A stretch of DNA of 64,000 nucleotides from Tubiluchus corallicola (Eukaryota > Animalia > Priapulida). Both the position numbers and the translations under genes were made by a program. The stretch covers positions 124,001 to 188,000 of the forward strand of contig JAQGDQ010002384.1 in NCBI GenBank assembly GCA_030141605.1, read 5' to 3'. This document shows positions 43,516-56,959 of this stretch, piece after piece. Positions within the stretch are counted from its first letter, which is position 1, and every line of letters begins with the position of its first letter. Under the pieces are notes generated by a model that was given only the letters and a program-made list of their open reading frames with translations, did no database searches and had not been told where the DNA came from.

Positions 43516-43672
43516 AACGATAACGATAACGATAACAATAACAATAACAATAACAATAACAATCAAAATAGCAATAGCAATAGCAATAACGATAACGATA
43601 ACAATAACGATAACGATACCAATACCGATAACGATAACGATAACAATAACGATAACTAACGATAATGACAAT
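43441..43672. repeat. (ATAACG/ATGACG/ATAACA)n hexanucleotide array
   Basis: Direct reading. Confidence 0.92.
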
Positions 43673-44045
43673 AAAAAATAATAATATGCCAAACAAATAC
43701 GTACGAGAGAAAGAATCTCTATCTGCATCCAATGAGCATTTCGCATTTACCCATATTTCTTTTGGCAGCACTTAACAACGCGCCATTAGGCTCTAAAATC
43801 GAATACAGTCTTTGTATGAATAAGGATTTCTTTTTTCACTTGATTGAAAAAAACATCGTAAATTTAGTTGTCTTAATAATTGCCACTGTAACAGTAACAT
43901 AGTGAAAAGGCCATATATGACAGGGGTGGTGCCAAGAGCCAGAGTTGAAGACACCGGGGAAACCAAGCGAAGTGCAAGAAATATGATTTTGAGAATCTCT
44001 GTCTTAGTATAGTGATGCAGTGAATCGGCAGGCTATTTATGTTAA

Positions 44046-44660
44046 AGGACAAGAAAAGGGGTACCTCCCGTTGAAAGGATTTTTTGTTTGTTTCATTTCA
44101 AATACTCCCCCCCCCCCCCCCCCGACACTGTACCGATCGCGTCCTCATTACCTGATGTCATATATGCACAACGTAAATCAGGGGAAGAAAAGTACATGTT
44201 AGACTATGTCCCAAAAAACTTTCTATGCAAAGCTATGTTACTTAGCATTTCGCTTACCTGCTTAAATGACTTACGTAACTAGAATAGAAAATATTTAATT
44301 ATTTAAAATGTTTTCACCAATAGGTAAAATGTCGCTGTCTCACCCTCCAGGGTGCACCACTCACTAACCAAAAAACATATTTTTAATCTTATTGACAAGA
44401 TACAGTAAATTAAAATTTTACTTACTTAGTGACGTGTGCGCTACGAATGCTCAGATTATATTTCCAAATTTTACTCAGTGTTATCTAAACTTGCCTCAAA
44501 TGACTTATCGTCAAAATGGCTGCTGCTAACTGTCATCGTGGGAGTTTCAATTTACATGTTTTATACAGCGTTAAGGCCGACGCAAACTCTGCATGCAAAA
44601 AGACAGTGCGTAAGTGGTATAAATTTTGAAAACGAATTTTTTAAGCTTTATGTAAGTGGA
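44046..44660 (+). mobile_element. K2 MITE copy
   Basis: TTAA|AGGACAAGAAAAGG start identical to 2919; body colinear with 3100-3590. Confidence 0.75.
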
Positions 44661-45808
44661 CGGTATTGTGGAGGGCACAAGGGTATCCCTTTTTTAGTTT
44701 GAGGAAGCTCAAATTTGGCCACCTACTTTGTCACACATGCAAGTTAATATAGAAACTTGTGACAATTTTCAAAAAAAATATCAATCTGTACTAAATAGTT
44801 ATGCACTAATATATATTAAGGTTCATTAATGCTGTAATTGTAGCTTATATACAGCTAGATTGAAATTCTAAAATTATATACGGTGTGTGATGAGTATCCC
44901 AGTACAATGAGTGGATGGTTGATGAAATGGCTCTTTATGGAGGTTTATATTGTTCTCTTCTCTAACAGCTGGTAACATTTAGCAATGATACAAATGAGAA
45001 CATTTGTAAGAACGATACGCTCGTATATAAAATTATTATTTTAAAGAAAATTTTCCGTTTTAGATCAGCTGGCTGCATATCGTTCTAAGCAAGTGACTTG
45101 TGCTTTAAAATTATTGCTGACTTCGGGAAAAGTCACCAACAAAACACTACAAAATGTCACAGATTATCTGTGCAATGCACTAAGTCACAACATTTTAGCT
45201 CTGCTTTTGCGCATATGACAACACAGATATCTGCTCACACATACACGCGCTGTCAAGGTGTGTTTGTTTATCGAGCAATTGTTATAGCAAATAATTTAGA
45301 CACTACATTATTTAGCGTCCATTAACGTTTGGGCTGCAGTACATAACAGGCCTACGCGTGAATAAGAAAAAACATTTTCCATAATGTAGTGTTAGCTTTC
45401 TTGTACTAAAGTTCTGCATAATATGGTTCAGCAAAAATAATCAGGTAGCTTAAAATATTAAGAAAAAATTGTAGTCCATCCAATAGATGCGTTACATAAT
45501 GTTATTTCACGATTTTATAAATATCAATTTTATGGTCAATTTTAGTTGGTTACAATACGTAATAAACTATCCATCTTTGTAATAAAGGATTAATTCGACG
45601 TTATCGCTTTGTTCTACATACAAAAGTGACAAATAAATTACTTCAGTTTCTCAAGAATCTATAATTACAATTAAAGACTCGCTAATATCCAGTGAGACGA
45701 ATAACGAAATTTAAACACAGAAAAAAAAACCAAGATTATTCACAGTTGATTACAAATGTACAAACGTATTAAACATATGATAGAGCGTTCACTGCTTCGT
45801 TCTTTTAA

Positions 45809-46230
45809 AGGCAAAAAGGATGATTTTTCATATCCTCCCCAATTTTGAAGTTCGGGAAAAAGATACATTTTAACGCTTATAATCACGCCAAGGCGTTTCT
45901 GATAATGAAATAATAAGCTAAAAACGTAATTAACGGCTGGTGAGCCCAAATAATAATGACATCCACAAGCGTACTGCACGTATTCGTAAAAAAAAATTGA
46001 AGTACACTGCTACTGTACAATAATCAATGTGATTTAAGTTTAAAATTCAAATTTCAAGTTTACATCTGTTCTCATGCATGAGCTTTCGCATGTGTGCACT
46101 ATGTCACAACTGAACAACTCTGGACTGAAAGGGACAGCACCTGTTTTTTTTCTGCAACACGTTTTCGAGATGCAGGCGCTGGTGCCCGTCTAACTAGAGA
46201 CAGGTAAAATTTAGGTAGTAAAGAACTAGT
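45809..46230 (+). mobile_element. K1 MITE, 3'-truncated
   Basis: TTAA|AGGCAAAAAGGATGATTTTTC; shared core acagcacctgttttt...atgcaggcgct. Confidence 0.7.
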
Positions 46231-47332
46231 CACAGGCTGCTCAGTGGTGATAGTGGTGATACAATATCAAAATTGAGTTAATTAATTCCACTACGAAGTA
46301 TACTCACTTTGCATCTAGCGATAAAGCTTAATCAAGACGCAAAAAGCTTCTCAAAATGTGGAAAAAAGCGTCAATTATTTGACAGTTCATCTCATTTCGA
46401 GCAACTTGACTTTACGACAAACATTTTTCGATTTTCGACTTTCGAGAACAAATAACAAATCACTTCTAGCCGCACTTCACAGCGATAAACCCTAAAAACC
46501 GGTGTTAAAACGCCGAGATGTCGGCGGTCTATACTTTACACGTCGGCGCGATGAAACCTGTCAATTTTTGCGTCGTTACGTCCTTTGCGCTCAGAGAGCA
46601 AAACGAAACTCACGTGGTAGCAGTTAAGTTCGAGATTGGCTTCATATAACCTTACCATTAGAGCAGTTCCTCGTGTGTTGCGTGTTAATTACTGCGAAGT
46701 ATGCAGGGGTGGCAAACAGTGCGCGCAATCTCTGCAGTAACAGTAACTGTGTAACTCGGGGCAATCAAAGGTCAAGCTAATCTCAAAATTATGTTTTTTT
46801 AGATTCTACACGCATTCTTTGTCGGCTTGCTTCATTAATAACCTTGATTTTAGCGCTCACTTTAATACTCCTTGTTTAACATCGCTGTAAATAAGGTTAC
46901 ACGCACAAATTAGAAAAGCTAATTACAGAATGCGTAACATGTAATATTGTAGAATTCACTCTAGTATCTATGTAAAATTTTTTAATAGTTGTACAGAAAT
47001 TTTTGCCTGCAAAAAAGGCTAATAAAGACTTATCATCATCATCATTTTGTCGGACTGCCATTAATATGCCAGCCAAATTGCCAATGTATAGTAGGGCTAG
47101 GTTAGTTCTGCTAGTAGTGTAAACTCTTAAAGAGGTTTAGAAACGTTTTAGTCGGCCAAAAACAAAAATCCTTTTTTCAGGCTGGTGACAGTCTATTATC
47201 GAGATATGCTGGCAATATAAATTCTTACATAAAAGGGTTTGAACTGGCAATAGCCAAATGTCCTTTTTAAGCAGTTGAGTTAATTACTATGATTAGCAGC
47301 ATAAAGCTGCCACAAAGAACGTCAGGACGTTG

Positions 47333-47356
47333 AGACATTCAGACAGACAGACATTC

Positions 47357-47401
<45 letters not shown>

Positions 47402-47430
47402 AACAGACAGACAGACAGACAAACAGACAG
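47333..47430. repeat. (CAGA)n microsatellite
   Basis: Direct reading. Confidence 0.92.
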
Positions 47431-47843
47431 AATATAAACACAGAATGAGTTGACATAAATATAATGCACGGATAGGAGGACGCAAAACATATTTTACATA
47501 AATATTAGATCTGTCAAAAAAGCTCAGTTTAATGCAAGAGTTGTTAGGTCAGCCGCCCTGATGCGCGCGATGAAAAAAAATCGCATATGCATGAGAAGAA
47601 AAAGGGAGCAAAGAAGTCATTGGTCGTTTGCCACATACGTTAGACATTACATGCAGTTTTGTTGAGTTTGGCTTTTCAGCTGGCGGTGAATTACTATTGT
47701 CCATTGTGCACACTTAGCGTGACCTTCCTAGCAAATTGAAAGTTGATATTGCAATACAAAAGCCGTAACGTAATCTTGTACTACAGGTTATCTTCTTTGC
47801 ACAGACTGAATAGGAAGCTACAACGTACAAGTTGCAGGCTTAA

Positions 47844-48420
47844 AGGGAAACAGGATGATTTTTCATATACTACCCCATTTTCAAGTACGGCAAGTAGTAT
47901 ACTTTTTAACAGGTGCAAAAGCATTTCTGATAAATAATATATTAAAATCTTAATTAACGGCGGGCGAGCCTAACAAGTGATGACATCAACATCTAACATA
48001 ATTTTTAACATCAAAAACATTCGCTGAGCGCATGCTTCCGAAAGCGAAAATTGAAGTACAGTGCTACTGTAAGAGATTCAGTGTGTTGTAGTAAAACTCG
48101 GCAAGTTTTAAGATAAAAATTCAAATTTCAAATTTACCGCTGTACACACGCAAGAGCTGTCGAACGTGTAGATTTCGTCACAAATTAGCACATCCGAACT
48201 GAGAGGCACAGCACCTGTTTTTTCTGCAACTCTTTCCGAAATGCAGGCGCTAGTGCCCGTCCAACTAGCGAATGGCGAAATGTATGTAACAGCGAAAAGC
48301 TGGTGGCGCCAACGCGAAATTGTGTTTGTGTGGTAATAATTCTTTCGCGTAAGTCATTTTTGAAAAAAAATAGTATGTTATTGTTTTGACTTACAGTTTA
48401 ACATTGGGTCCGGTTTTGCT
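47844..48420 (+). mobile_element. K1 MITE, complete
   Basis: TTAA|AGGGAAACAGGATGATTTTTC ... TTGGGTCCGGTTTTGCT|TTAA. Confidence 0.78.
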
Positions 48421-49285
48421 TTAAAAGGAGCTTAACAATGTAAAGCCCTTAGAGCGGTGGTCAAAACCTGATGGTCCAGCGTTGACCTAGCTCACAGTGC
48501 TGATCAAGGTTTTTTAACTTGTGTTAAGCCAATTAACATTTTGTTAGTAGATTCTCGCCCCTTGATGTTTTAATCTGGCCTTGACTTAGTCTGATATTTG
48601 GACTTGAACTGGGTTAGGTATAGGTGGGTGCCAGTAATATTTCAATTAACTTTAGTTTCAGCTATGTCGTTGCTGACAAGTCTTCTTGAATAATAACGTT
48701 GATCCCCTGATAAAAGAGAGGTCTGCTACATTTCACGTACACGAAGCCTCTGCAGAGTTGGCCACTTTCCAAATGGCGCTCCAGCACTCAGCGACAGGTC
48801 CTACTATATGTACATGTTTGTGGCGAGACCGGTGCATAGCTCGTTATCAAAGATTAAATATTAGTTAGATTATTGAGTGAGATTATTAGTGACCACACAG
48901 CTAATAATCACACCCTCTACACCAGCTTTACTTATCTAGCTGCTTTTAAACACGTTAAGTGATGTTTTTCAAAGTTTATCCTCACAAAATCGTCTGACAT
49001 GATGATGTAAAATGTTATGACATGCTGTAAGTTAAGTTATACTTTTAAGGCCACGTATCCACTAAAAGTACAAACAGACACGCACAGAAACAAATTTTTT
49101 CCTTCTGACATTTTCTGCTGCAAAAACTGCATCAGCTAAGCACGCGCGCAACGCAAGAAAGCTTGAAAATAAATCTGATATGTGGCTGAAATACTGTTAG
49201 AACAAAATATAATTTTTTTACTCTAAAAAACTTTTAATGTTGTGGTAAGAAAGGGTTCAAACAATCTTTGAAAAAAGAGCAAAAT

Positions 49286-49622
49286 AAGTAAACATTATAA
49301 GTTGTACAAGACGAAAACAAAACTAATATATTCGTTAGTCAAAGTAAACATTATAAGTTGTACAAGACGAAGAGAAAACTAATATATTCATTAGTCAAAG
49401 TAAACATTATAAGTTGTACAAGACAAAGAGAAAACTAATATATTCATTAGTCAAAGTAAACATTATAAGTTGTACAAGGCAAAGAGAAAACTAATATATT
49501 CATTAGTCAAAGTAAACATTATAAGTTGTACAAGGCAAAGAGAAAACTAATATATTCATTAGTCAAAGTAAACATTATAAGTTGTACAAGACAAAGAGAA
49601 AACTAATATATTCATTAGTCAA
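49286..49622 (+). repeat. 6 x 56-bp minisatellite
   Basis: aagtaaacattataagttgtacaagacaaagagaaaactaatatattcattagtca units at 49286, 49342, 49398, 49454, 49510 and 49566. Confidence 0.95.
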
Positions 49623-49789
49623 CGCCTAGTTTAGAGAAACCATTTGTTACTGCATTAAAGTATTTTAAATTTATACAATAAACTTGTTATGGAGCCTTAC
49701 AGCTGTTAGGTATTTGGACTAGTTGCTTATTATTTGAAATTTTCGTTTTTCATGTACATGTTAAGTGTGTAGAATATTAAAAAGAATAA

Positions 49790-50254
49790 TCTACGTAATA
49801 CTTTACACACAAAGCTATGTTGTTTATCGTAACCTGCTTGAGAGACTTACGTAAGTAGAAACGAAAATTCTTACTGTAATTTAAAATGCTCGCGCCAACT
49901 GGTTAAATGTCACTGACTCACCTTCCCAATGTGCACCACTGACTCACAAAAAACGTATTTTTAGTCTTAGTGTGAAGATACAACAATTTATCTTTTTGCT
50001 TAATGGTGAAGTGTGCTCTACGAATGCTCTGACTATTTTTCAAATTCTACGCAATGTTATATAAACTTGTTTCAAACGACTTACTGTCAAAATGGCTGCT
50101 CTTAACGGTCTCATTGCGGAAGGTTAAATTTACAAGTTTTGCACAGCATTGCTTCTAATACAAGCTGTATGAGTTATAAGGCAATACGTAGGTGATACAA
50201 AATTTCAAAACGAATTTTTTTCACCTTTATAAATGTAATGGTTTTTCTTGTGTT
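49790..50254 (+). mobile_element. K2 MITE, 5'-truncated copy
   Basis: Colinear K2 body ending ggtttttcttgtgtt|ttaa. Confidence 0.7.
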
Positions 50255-50415
50255 TTAAATGCACGTTATGCATAAAAGTAAATGAATGGATTTAGGCCGT
50301 AACTTTACGTACCGAGCTACATGTATAGGTTTTTCCTGTAGAAGGCATGCTGGTGTGACACTTTTCTTCTGGTTAAAGCCGGACATAAATATTCAATTAC
50401 CTATTTATTTTAATG

Positions 50416-50878
50416 TCATCTCATCTCATCTCACCTCATCTCATCTCATCGCATCTTCTCTCCTCTCCTCTCATTGCATTTCGTCTCACCTCACCTCACC
50501 TCAACTCAACTCACCTCATCTCATCTCAATTTACCTCACTTCATCTCATTTCATCTCATCTGATCTCAACTGATCTCATTTCACCTCACCTCATTTCATC
50601 TCATCTCATTCCATCTCAACTGATCTCATTTCACCTCACCTCATTTCATCTCATCTCATTCCATCTCAACTGATCTCATTTCACCTCACCTCACCTCATC
50701 TCATTTTATCTCATCTCACCTCATCTCAACTCATTTCACTTCACCTCACTTCACCTCACTTCATCTCATCTCATCTCATCTCATTTCACCTCACCTCACC
50801 TCACCTCATCTCATCTCATCTCATCTCATCTCATTTCGTCCCACCTCACCTCACCTCATCTCATCTTGTCTTACCTCA
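50416..50878. repeat. (TCATC/TCACC)n pentanucleotide array
   Basis: Direct reading. Confidence 0.93.
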
Positions 50879-53800
50879 ATAGATTTTTTGTACAACGTGT
50901 CATAATACATACACACATTAAGCAATATAAATTTATATATATAAGCAGAATTAATCAACAAAGAAATATTTTAAAACTTGCTGTTTTGAATTAAATTGGC
51001 TCAGAGTCATTATTGCACTGCGTGGTCTCTGTAAGGAATTAGAGGGGTTTCTGCGGTTCCGTGGATATGCGCATTCATACATATGCAAATTTTGTGATGA
51101 AAACTGAGAGTCTTTGCGGACTATTGCGAGCGCAGTGGATACGCACCCTAAGTTATGCTGATATTATCCTTGAATTATTGGGCCGCATTAAACAGGAAGG
51201 CTTGTCCACATCACGACATGATTGATCAAGATTATTGACCAAGATTATCATTTTCACAACACTGAAATTACACGGAGCGTGAAACCCTTTGAAATCGAGC
51301 AACAATACAGCTCCTATCACGCACGGTAATAATTAAAGTGGGAGAGAAGAAATTGGATGAAACATCTCAAACTTCCATCAAGAAAAGTTGAGCATTTCGT
51401 CCTTGAGTCTTGTCAGGTGGTTATTAATCTTCCTGAGCTGATCTCAGTCACAAAAGTGCAATGACAAAATATAGCAATCATTCTGCAAGCGACACCCACA
51501 CAGTGGTGGATTTAGGACAGGGCCACTGGGGTTGCTGCTCCGGGGCTTCCACGTAAGAGGGTCCTCCATAATGTGCATATAATCAAGTTCATTTACTACA
51601 CATTGTTGACTTTAATTAACTAAATTTATGATAAAACAATAATAACAATCATGACTGACTGACTAGCTGGCTGGCTGGCTGACTGTCTGACTGACAGACT
51701 AACTGACTGACTGACTCATTGACTCACTCACTCACTGATTTGATTTAACTATTTATTTCGAACTGACTGACTGACGGACTGCCTGCCTGCCTGACTTACT
51801 GATTGACTAACTAACTAAATGAATGAATGAATGACTTTTTGGATATTTACACATTTTACTTACTTTCTTAGACTTAAGTTAATCAGCCATTAGCGATATG
51901 TCATCAAAGGATTCAAAATTGCTAAAAAATACAATAAAGAGGCGTTTGGCGGACTGTGCTATGAGAGCTTACATCACTCACCCAGATGCTCTATAACCGG
52001 TTGCTCTGGGACGCCTACATTTCTTAATTCAATCTGTGCTCACGAGACGCTAACCAACACCTTACAGAGACAATTTGGGATACCTATTTTTGCATAACGC
52101 CGTGACTGACCTAATGTACAAACTATCGATAATTTGCAGCCATTTTAAACATTAAGGTGCGTCTTAAATACGATAAATAATTCAAAGATGCATTCATCTT
52201 AAACCGCCACCTCCAAATAGTGCACATATTAGAATTAGAATTTCGTGAAGATACAATTGCACTTACTTCTGCTTCCATACACTGCGTGGTCATCTAGAAT
52301 CTCATTGACTTAACACGATGGGTAGATGATAAAAGATATATGTTCGTCCACAAATGCACGTTCTTTACATTTAGCACATGGCTTCATCAGCATTCTTAAC
52401 TTCTACTTCAACTAGGTAGCGAAAATGCGATTGGTTGACATTATTAAAGGAATCATGATAGTGAGGTAACTTTTTATTTGCATGTCTATTAAACTTCGTT
52501 CATTAGAAAAACAAATAACCGTTCACAAATACAAATATTATCGATGTATAAACGTTATTTGTACACAGTCCATCTTGGCGCGAGTGAATCATGAGAGTAC
52601 GCTGCACAAAATTACTTGCCTCTGTCGTGGGATAAACTTGTTTCAAAATTGAAGCCAAGTCAAGCTTAACCGGCTTATCACTTGCACTGCCTATTGGTCG
52701 CCACTAGTTAAAGTTGAGTAAACAAACACAAGTTTATAATGTCAGCTAAAACTTTCAGTATGGAGGAAGTTTTTATTCAACAAAAAAACGATTAGCATGT
52801 AACAGAAATTATTTAGGACAAGTGTACAGCTGAAAATGTATGTATTATGCGAACATCGGATAATTCGTACAAGCGCATCGTTCGTATTAACCGAAGTTAT
52901 GCTTGTGCCGCCATAGTCTTTAATTACAGCTTGCATTTCGTGCAGATTTGCTTTTTTGGATACTGCATGTTGTTTCTGATGTGTCATCACGATTGTTTAT
53001 CATATTACAAAAGTTGCTAAACAAGCGCCACCTTGCTGTAACCTTGGGTGTTACGTAAACTTAGCACATAGAAAATTCAGCGCACAAAGGGTTAGAATGA
53101 CAATGGATGTTAAAACGACACCCAATTAGCGTGACACTTGAGACCCAAAACTCAATTACCTGCAGACTAAGTTCAAGTGACAACTCTCAATTAACAGAGG
53201 ATGTTTTTAACTTAGAAACGTTTTTTAAAGCTTTTGTTCTGAAATATCTAACACTCTGAGGAGATTTTGTCAGACAATAATATCAGTAATTCGATGAACA
53301 GATAATAAATTTACACTACTGGATGTTGTCTTAATTTACTTTGGCAAAATTTGGCTGTGCACCACAGAGTCCTGTGACAGTGGAAGCTATTACAGCGGTC
53401 TCCTCCAGAAAGGAGAGGAGCGTCATTTCCAGTGAGGGACTTCTCTTATACGAGCATCATAAAGAACATCATTAAAGAAAGCAAGCTGTGCTTCAATAAA
53501 AACAAACTTTATTAAGAAGACTTGGTCAGAAGTTAGATGCTCAGGTTCGCTTATTTTCGTTTTCTACTCCCGCCCTAGAATCTCTCTTGAATAAGTCCAT
53601 TTATTTACAGCTGTGCTGCAAGACTTACCAGCTGAAAAATCAGAAATCACCAAGACAACATGGTGATTGTGGAAAGTGCTATTTTTGGTGAGATGCGCTC
53701 CATGCATGGAGGTTAGTGAGACATAGGATGTTTGTAAGAATTAAAAGCGTCTGTAGAACATGTGTTTATCAGTAAGAGATTGCCACTTCATTTTCTGTAT

Positions 53801-54379
53801 ACATAATAACACCAAAATTATGTGTTTATTTATATTTACGTAATACAAATTACAGTGATAAAATAATTTCTCAGTTACTAAAGTAAATTATGCATGCAAA
53901 CTACAGACGATATTACGATAAATAAAAAGTTAAAACTGGCTGAAATATATGGTGAAATGTGCCAATATCGTACACGTCGGACAATTCGTTTTAGGCTTTT
54001 ACAGAATATAACAAGATAGTATAGACACTCTTTTTCCTTCCTTCCTTTTCCACCCTTTCATTAGTAAAAGAGAAGAAAAACAGAGTTTATTCCACTTTGT
54101 TATTTTTGGTACAACCTTGAAGCTCACTGTTCGATATTAGCCCAATATTTTACCCAATATAATTTTATAAAGCATTAAAACGATTCTGCATTAAATTACG
54201 GTAAGATTAAACAAAGAATAAAAAGAAAATGTGTCTCAAATGTGAGCCCTTTCTTTAGGCCGTCCCTAGCAGAAGTGAATGCTTGACTGAGATTCATTTA
54301 TTTACACTCTATGAATGAATGTCTTTGTGCACGAGTTACAGGAAGCTGTAACTCGTTAAAACGTAAAACGTTAAAAATG

Positions 54380-55300
54380 AAAACTTTAGAAAACTAAATA
54401 CAATGCAAAACTACGCACTTAGATTAATTCATGGCTCCTCTAACAAAACTGCTAAACAACATGCTGCTTCTGCAACAAGCTTAAGAGCGTCCGCAAAAAT
54501 ACCAATATCAGAAGCCTATCGAGATTACAAAACACTGATATTTCTTTATAAATATATCAATAAACTGAGCATTCCATTTATAAACAATCCCTTAGCATTC
54601 ATTCCTGATACCACTTTAAACAATAGAACACACAATTTAAAGCAAATTACAGTAAACAATAAATTTGGAAATAACTCTATATCAAAACAGGCCATACATT
54701 TATGGAACTTACTACTCAGTGACATAAAACTAATAGAATCTCTCCACCAATTTAAAAAGAAATTAAAAGAATATCAATATAACAGGTGTCAAGTTCCACA
54801 TTGTGCATCTGATACTAATTACACAGACTCAACTTTCATCTACCCCCGCCCCTGACTCCATAAAACGATTAAAAAAGTAAAATTTTTAAAAAATTATGTA
54901 ATGTAATACGTGTTACGTCAGTTTTGTAATGTCAAATGTAAAAATAGTGAAAGTAATGAGTTAACATTAACAAAATGTAATGAGTGAAATTTATGTAATG
55001 TAAAGCATGTTTCTGTTGTGTCATGAAAAATGTATATATGTGTAAAATATGTCATGTAAAATTTAATGTACTTTTGTAATATTGTTTTGTAAAAATATTT
55101 TAATATTGTGTTTGTAAATATGTTCATTTATTGCATATAATTAGGCCTTAGTTTTGCACTTTAGTTTTTTTTTTAGTCTGCACTGGACGCATTTGTCTTG
55201 AACAGTGTTGTTATTTTAACATTACGCTGAGGATTACTCAATTTTATTATAATGAGTGAGCCATTTTAATGACAAATAAAGAATTAATATATATATATAT
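54380..55300 (+). mobile_element. CR1/L2-group LINE 3' portion (ORF2 C-terminus + 3'UTR + (TA)n tail)
   Basis: MQNYALRLI...FGNNSISKQAIHLWNLLLSDIKLIESLHQFKKKLKEY; UTR ends aataaagaattaatatatat. Confidence 0.75.
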
Positions 55301-56390
55301 AAGCCATGTGATTTTGGCAATTGTTTTGTTGGAGAAAAATGTTACAAATAATCCGCTTTACGTTCATTTTCTGGTAATCTCTAATAATAGCCTAGGACGC
55401 CAAAGTTTGAGGAGCGTCACGTTTTAGACAAAATTCTTATTCTCCTCGGAAAATGTGCATACTTTCATATTCATGTAAACGGCGCATGTTATAACACACC
55501 ACAGGCAGTTACTCATCTCCCCTTCTATATATGTACCACATAACAAACAGATGCAAGGTATTACACAACAAACAGTTGCGCAATTGCACGAATATAAACG
55601 CTGTGCAAATACACATAAATAAGAATGATCACGTAGAAACTAGGTTAATAGTGTTTCTAATACACCACAAGTAATTGTTTAATCTGCTCATTGCATTAAC
55701 AGCCACAAATTCACAATAGAGATGGGCAGCACAGAACTAGGGCGTCGCAAAGTCTTGATACGCCCCTGCTAATAGCGCAGGTACTCAACGAAAAAAGTAG
55801 TTACTAGAATAGCAATCTCATGTAAATTATAGAGACATATAAAAACATGCGATAAACTGATTTGAGGAAAGCAGGAATAATGGTGATCTTGTCATGGAAC
55901 TTGGGATATATAAGAACGCTAACGCTGTTGTTTGAAATTTCCTTAATGTCTGCTGTTCGTGTAACACTGGCGTGGCTCTTTGATATCGATTATTTGCAAG
56001 TTACCACATGGACGTGGATCGTCTTGTGTTTTTGTTTGCGGAGTTTTTTTTTGTTTGCTTGCTTCAAATTTTTGCTCACTGTTTGTAAGTTGGTTTTCTT
56101 AACTCAAATAGCAAATGCTCGTGGCCCAGAACGTTTAAAAAATTTTATGTGAAAAACTACAAAACCAAACGCCAAAAAAATGTTTCACGTATTAAATAAC
56201 TTGTAAATGTGTTTGGGCAACATTCCGGGGATTTTTCCTTGCACAAGTAAGATGCTGGAAAGCAAACACAAGTATACGTAGATGATTTTAAGTTATTTTC
56301 ATTAATGGAAATGCGTTCTGCAGGCTTTGCTATTTATTACATGCAGAAATGGGATGTTTTGTGTGTCAGTGCAAAACCAGAGACCTCTCT

Positions 56391-56959
56391 GTTGATGTTG
56401 TTGTTGTTGGCATTTTTCTGTCTCGGAAGACAATGGAGTGTGCGCTAAGAGAGTCAGTTATTGATCACATTGATGGAGCTGCAGCGTCGACTGTGGCTGA
56501 GCAGTCCGATCCTTGAACCACTGGAGTGGCTTCTCCAGGGCGCACGCCTGGGTAAGGTGTATGGAGATCCTGAGTTGCCCAGACAACAGGAACCCCTCTC
56601 TTCCTCCCTGGTGTAGTGCAGAGAAAGCAGAGCGATACGTTTAGTACTAGGTTGACTGCAGGAGGTGCCGGAGTCAGTGAGCATGCTGCATTGGTCCGCC
56701 TTCGGGGCTCCACTCCTGATTTGGAAGGTTTACTCCTCTACACATGGCCGTTGGGTCTCTTGACCTCCTCCGCCCTCTAACCGTTGGCTGCTTGTGCAGC
56801 TCCTCCGCCTAGTGTCGAGATACAGTGTGCGCATCCCGCAAGCCTACAGCACCTGATATTCCTAGGCGGTCACCTATCCAAGTACTAACCAGGCTCTACG
56901 TTGTTTAACTTCGGTGATCAGACGAGAACCGGTGTTTTCAACGTGATTTCGCCGTAGTC
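56391..56959 (-). mobile_element. 5S rRNA-derived SINE (SINE3) with GC-rich body and (CAA)n tail
   Basis: 120-nt 5S head runs directly into a ~450-nt GC-rich body ending ...GATGCC-like AATGCCAACAACAACAACATCAAC. No TTTT on the sense strand. Flanks share agagacctctct/agagatctctct. Confidence 0.8.
56840..56959 (-). pseudogene. Full-length 5S rRNA-like sequence (SINE head, not a canonical 5S gene)
   Basis: GACTACGGCGAAATCACGTTGAAAACACCGGTTCTCGTCTGATCACCGAAGTTAAACAACG...GTTAGTACTTGGATAGGTGACCGCCTAGGAATATCAGGTGCTGTAGGCTT. Single copy, no T-run terminator. Confidence 0.9.

Larger units (their letters stand above)
49049..51148. mobile_element. Putative non-autonomous Harbinger-type element with nested repeats
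   Basis: TAA|GGCCACGTATCCACT ... AGTGGATACGCACCC|TAA: 15-bp TIR with 3 mismatches and TAA TSD. Confidence 0.45.

Noticed and set aside
49286-49622. CRISPR-like regular array
   Set aside because: Units are contiguous and near-identical with no unique spacers; eukaryotic context and no cas genes. It is a minisatellite.
55862-56152. Hydrophobic 96-aa ORF as a possible membrane protein or second GPCR exon
   Set aside because: Wrong strand for the GPCR, TTG start, no class A motifs; hydrophobicity is explained by T-richness.
56840-56959. Functional 5S rRNA gene
   Set aside because: Solitary, lacks the oligo-T terminator, has substitutions in stems, and runs into a tailed body. Better explained as a SINE head.
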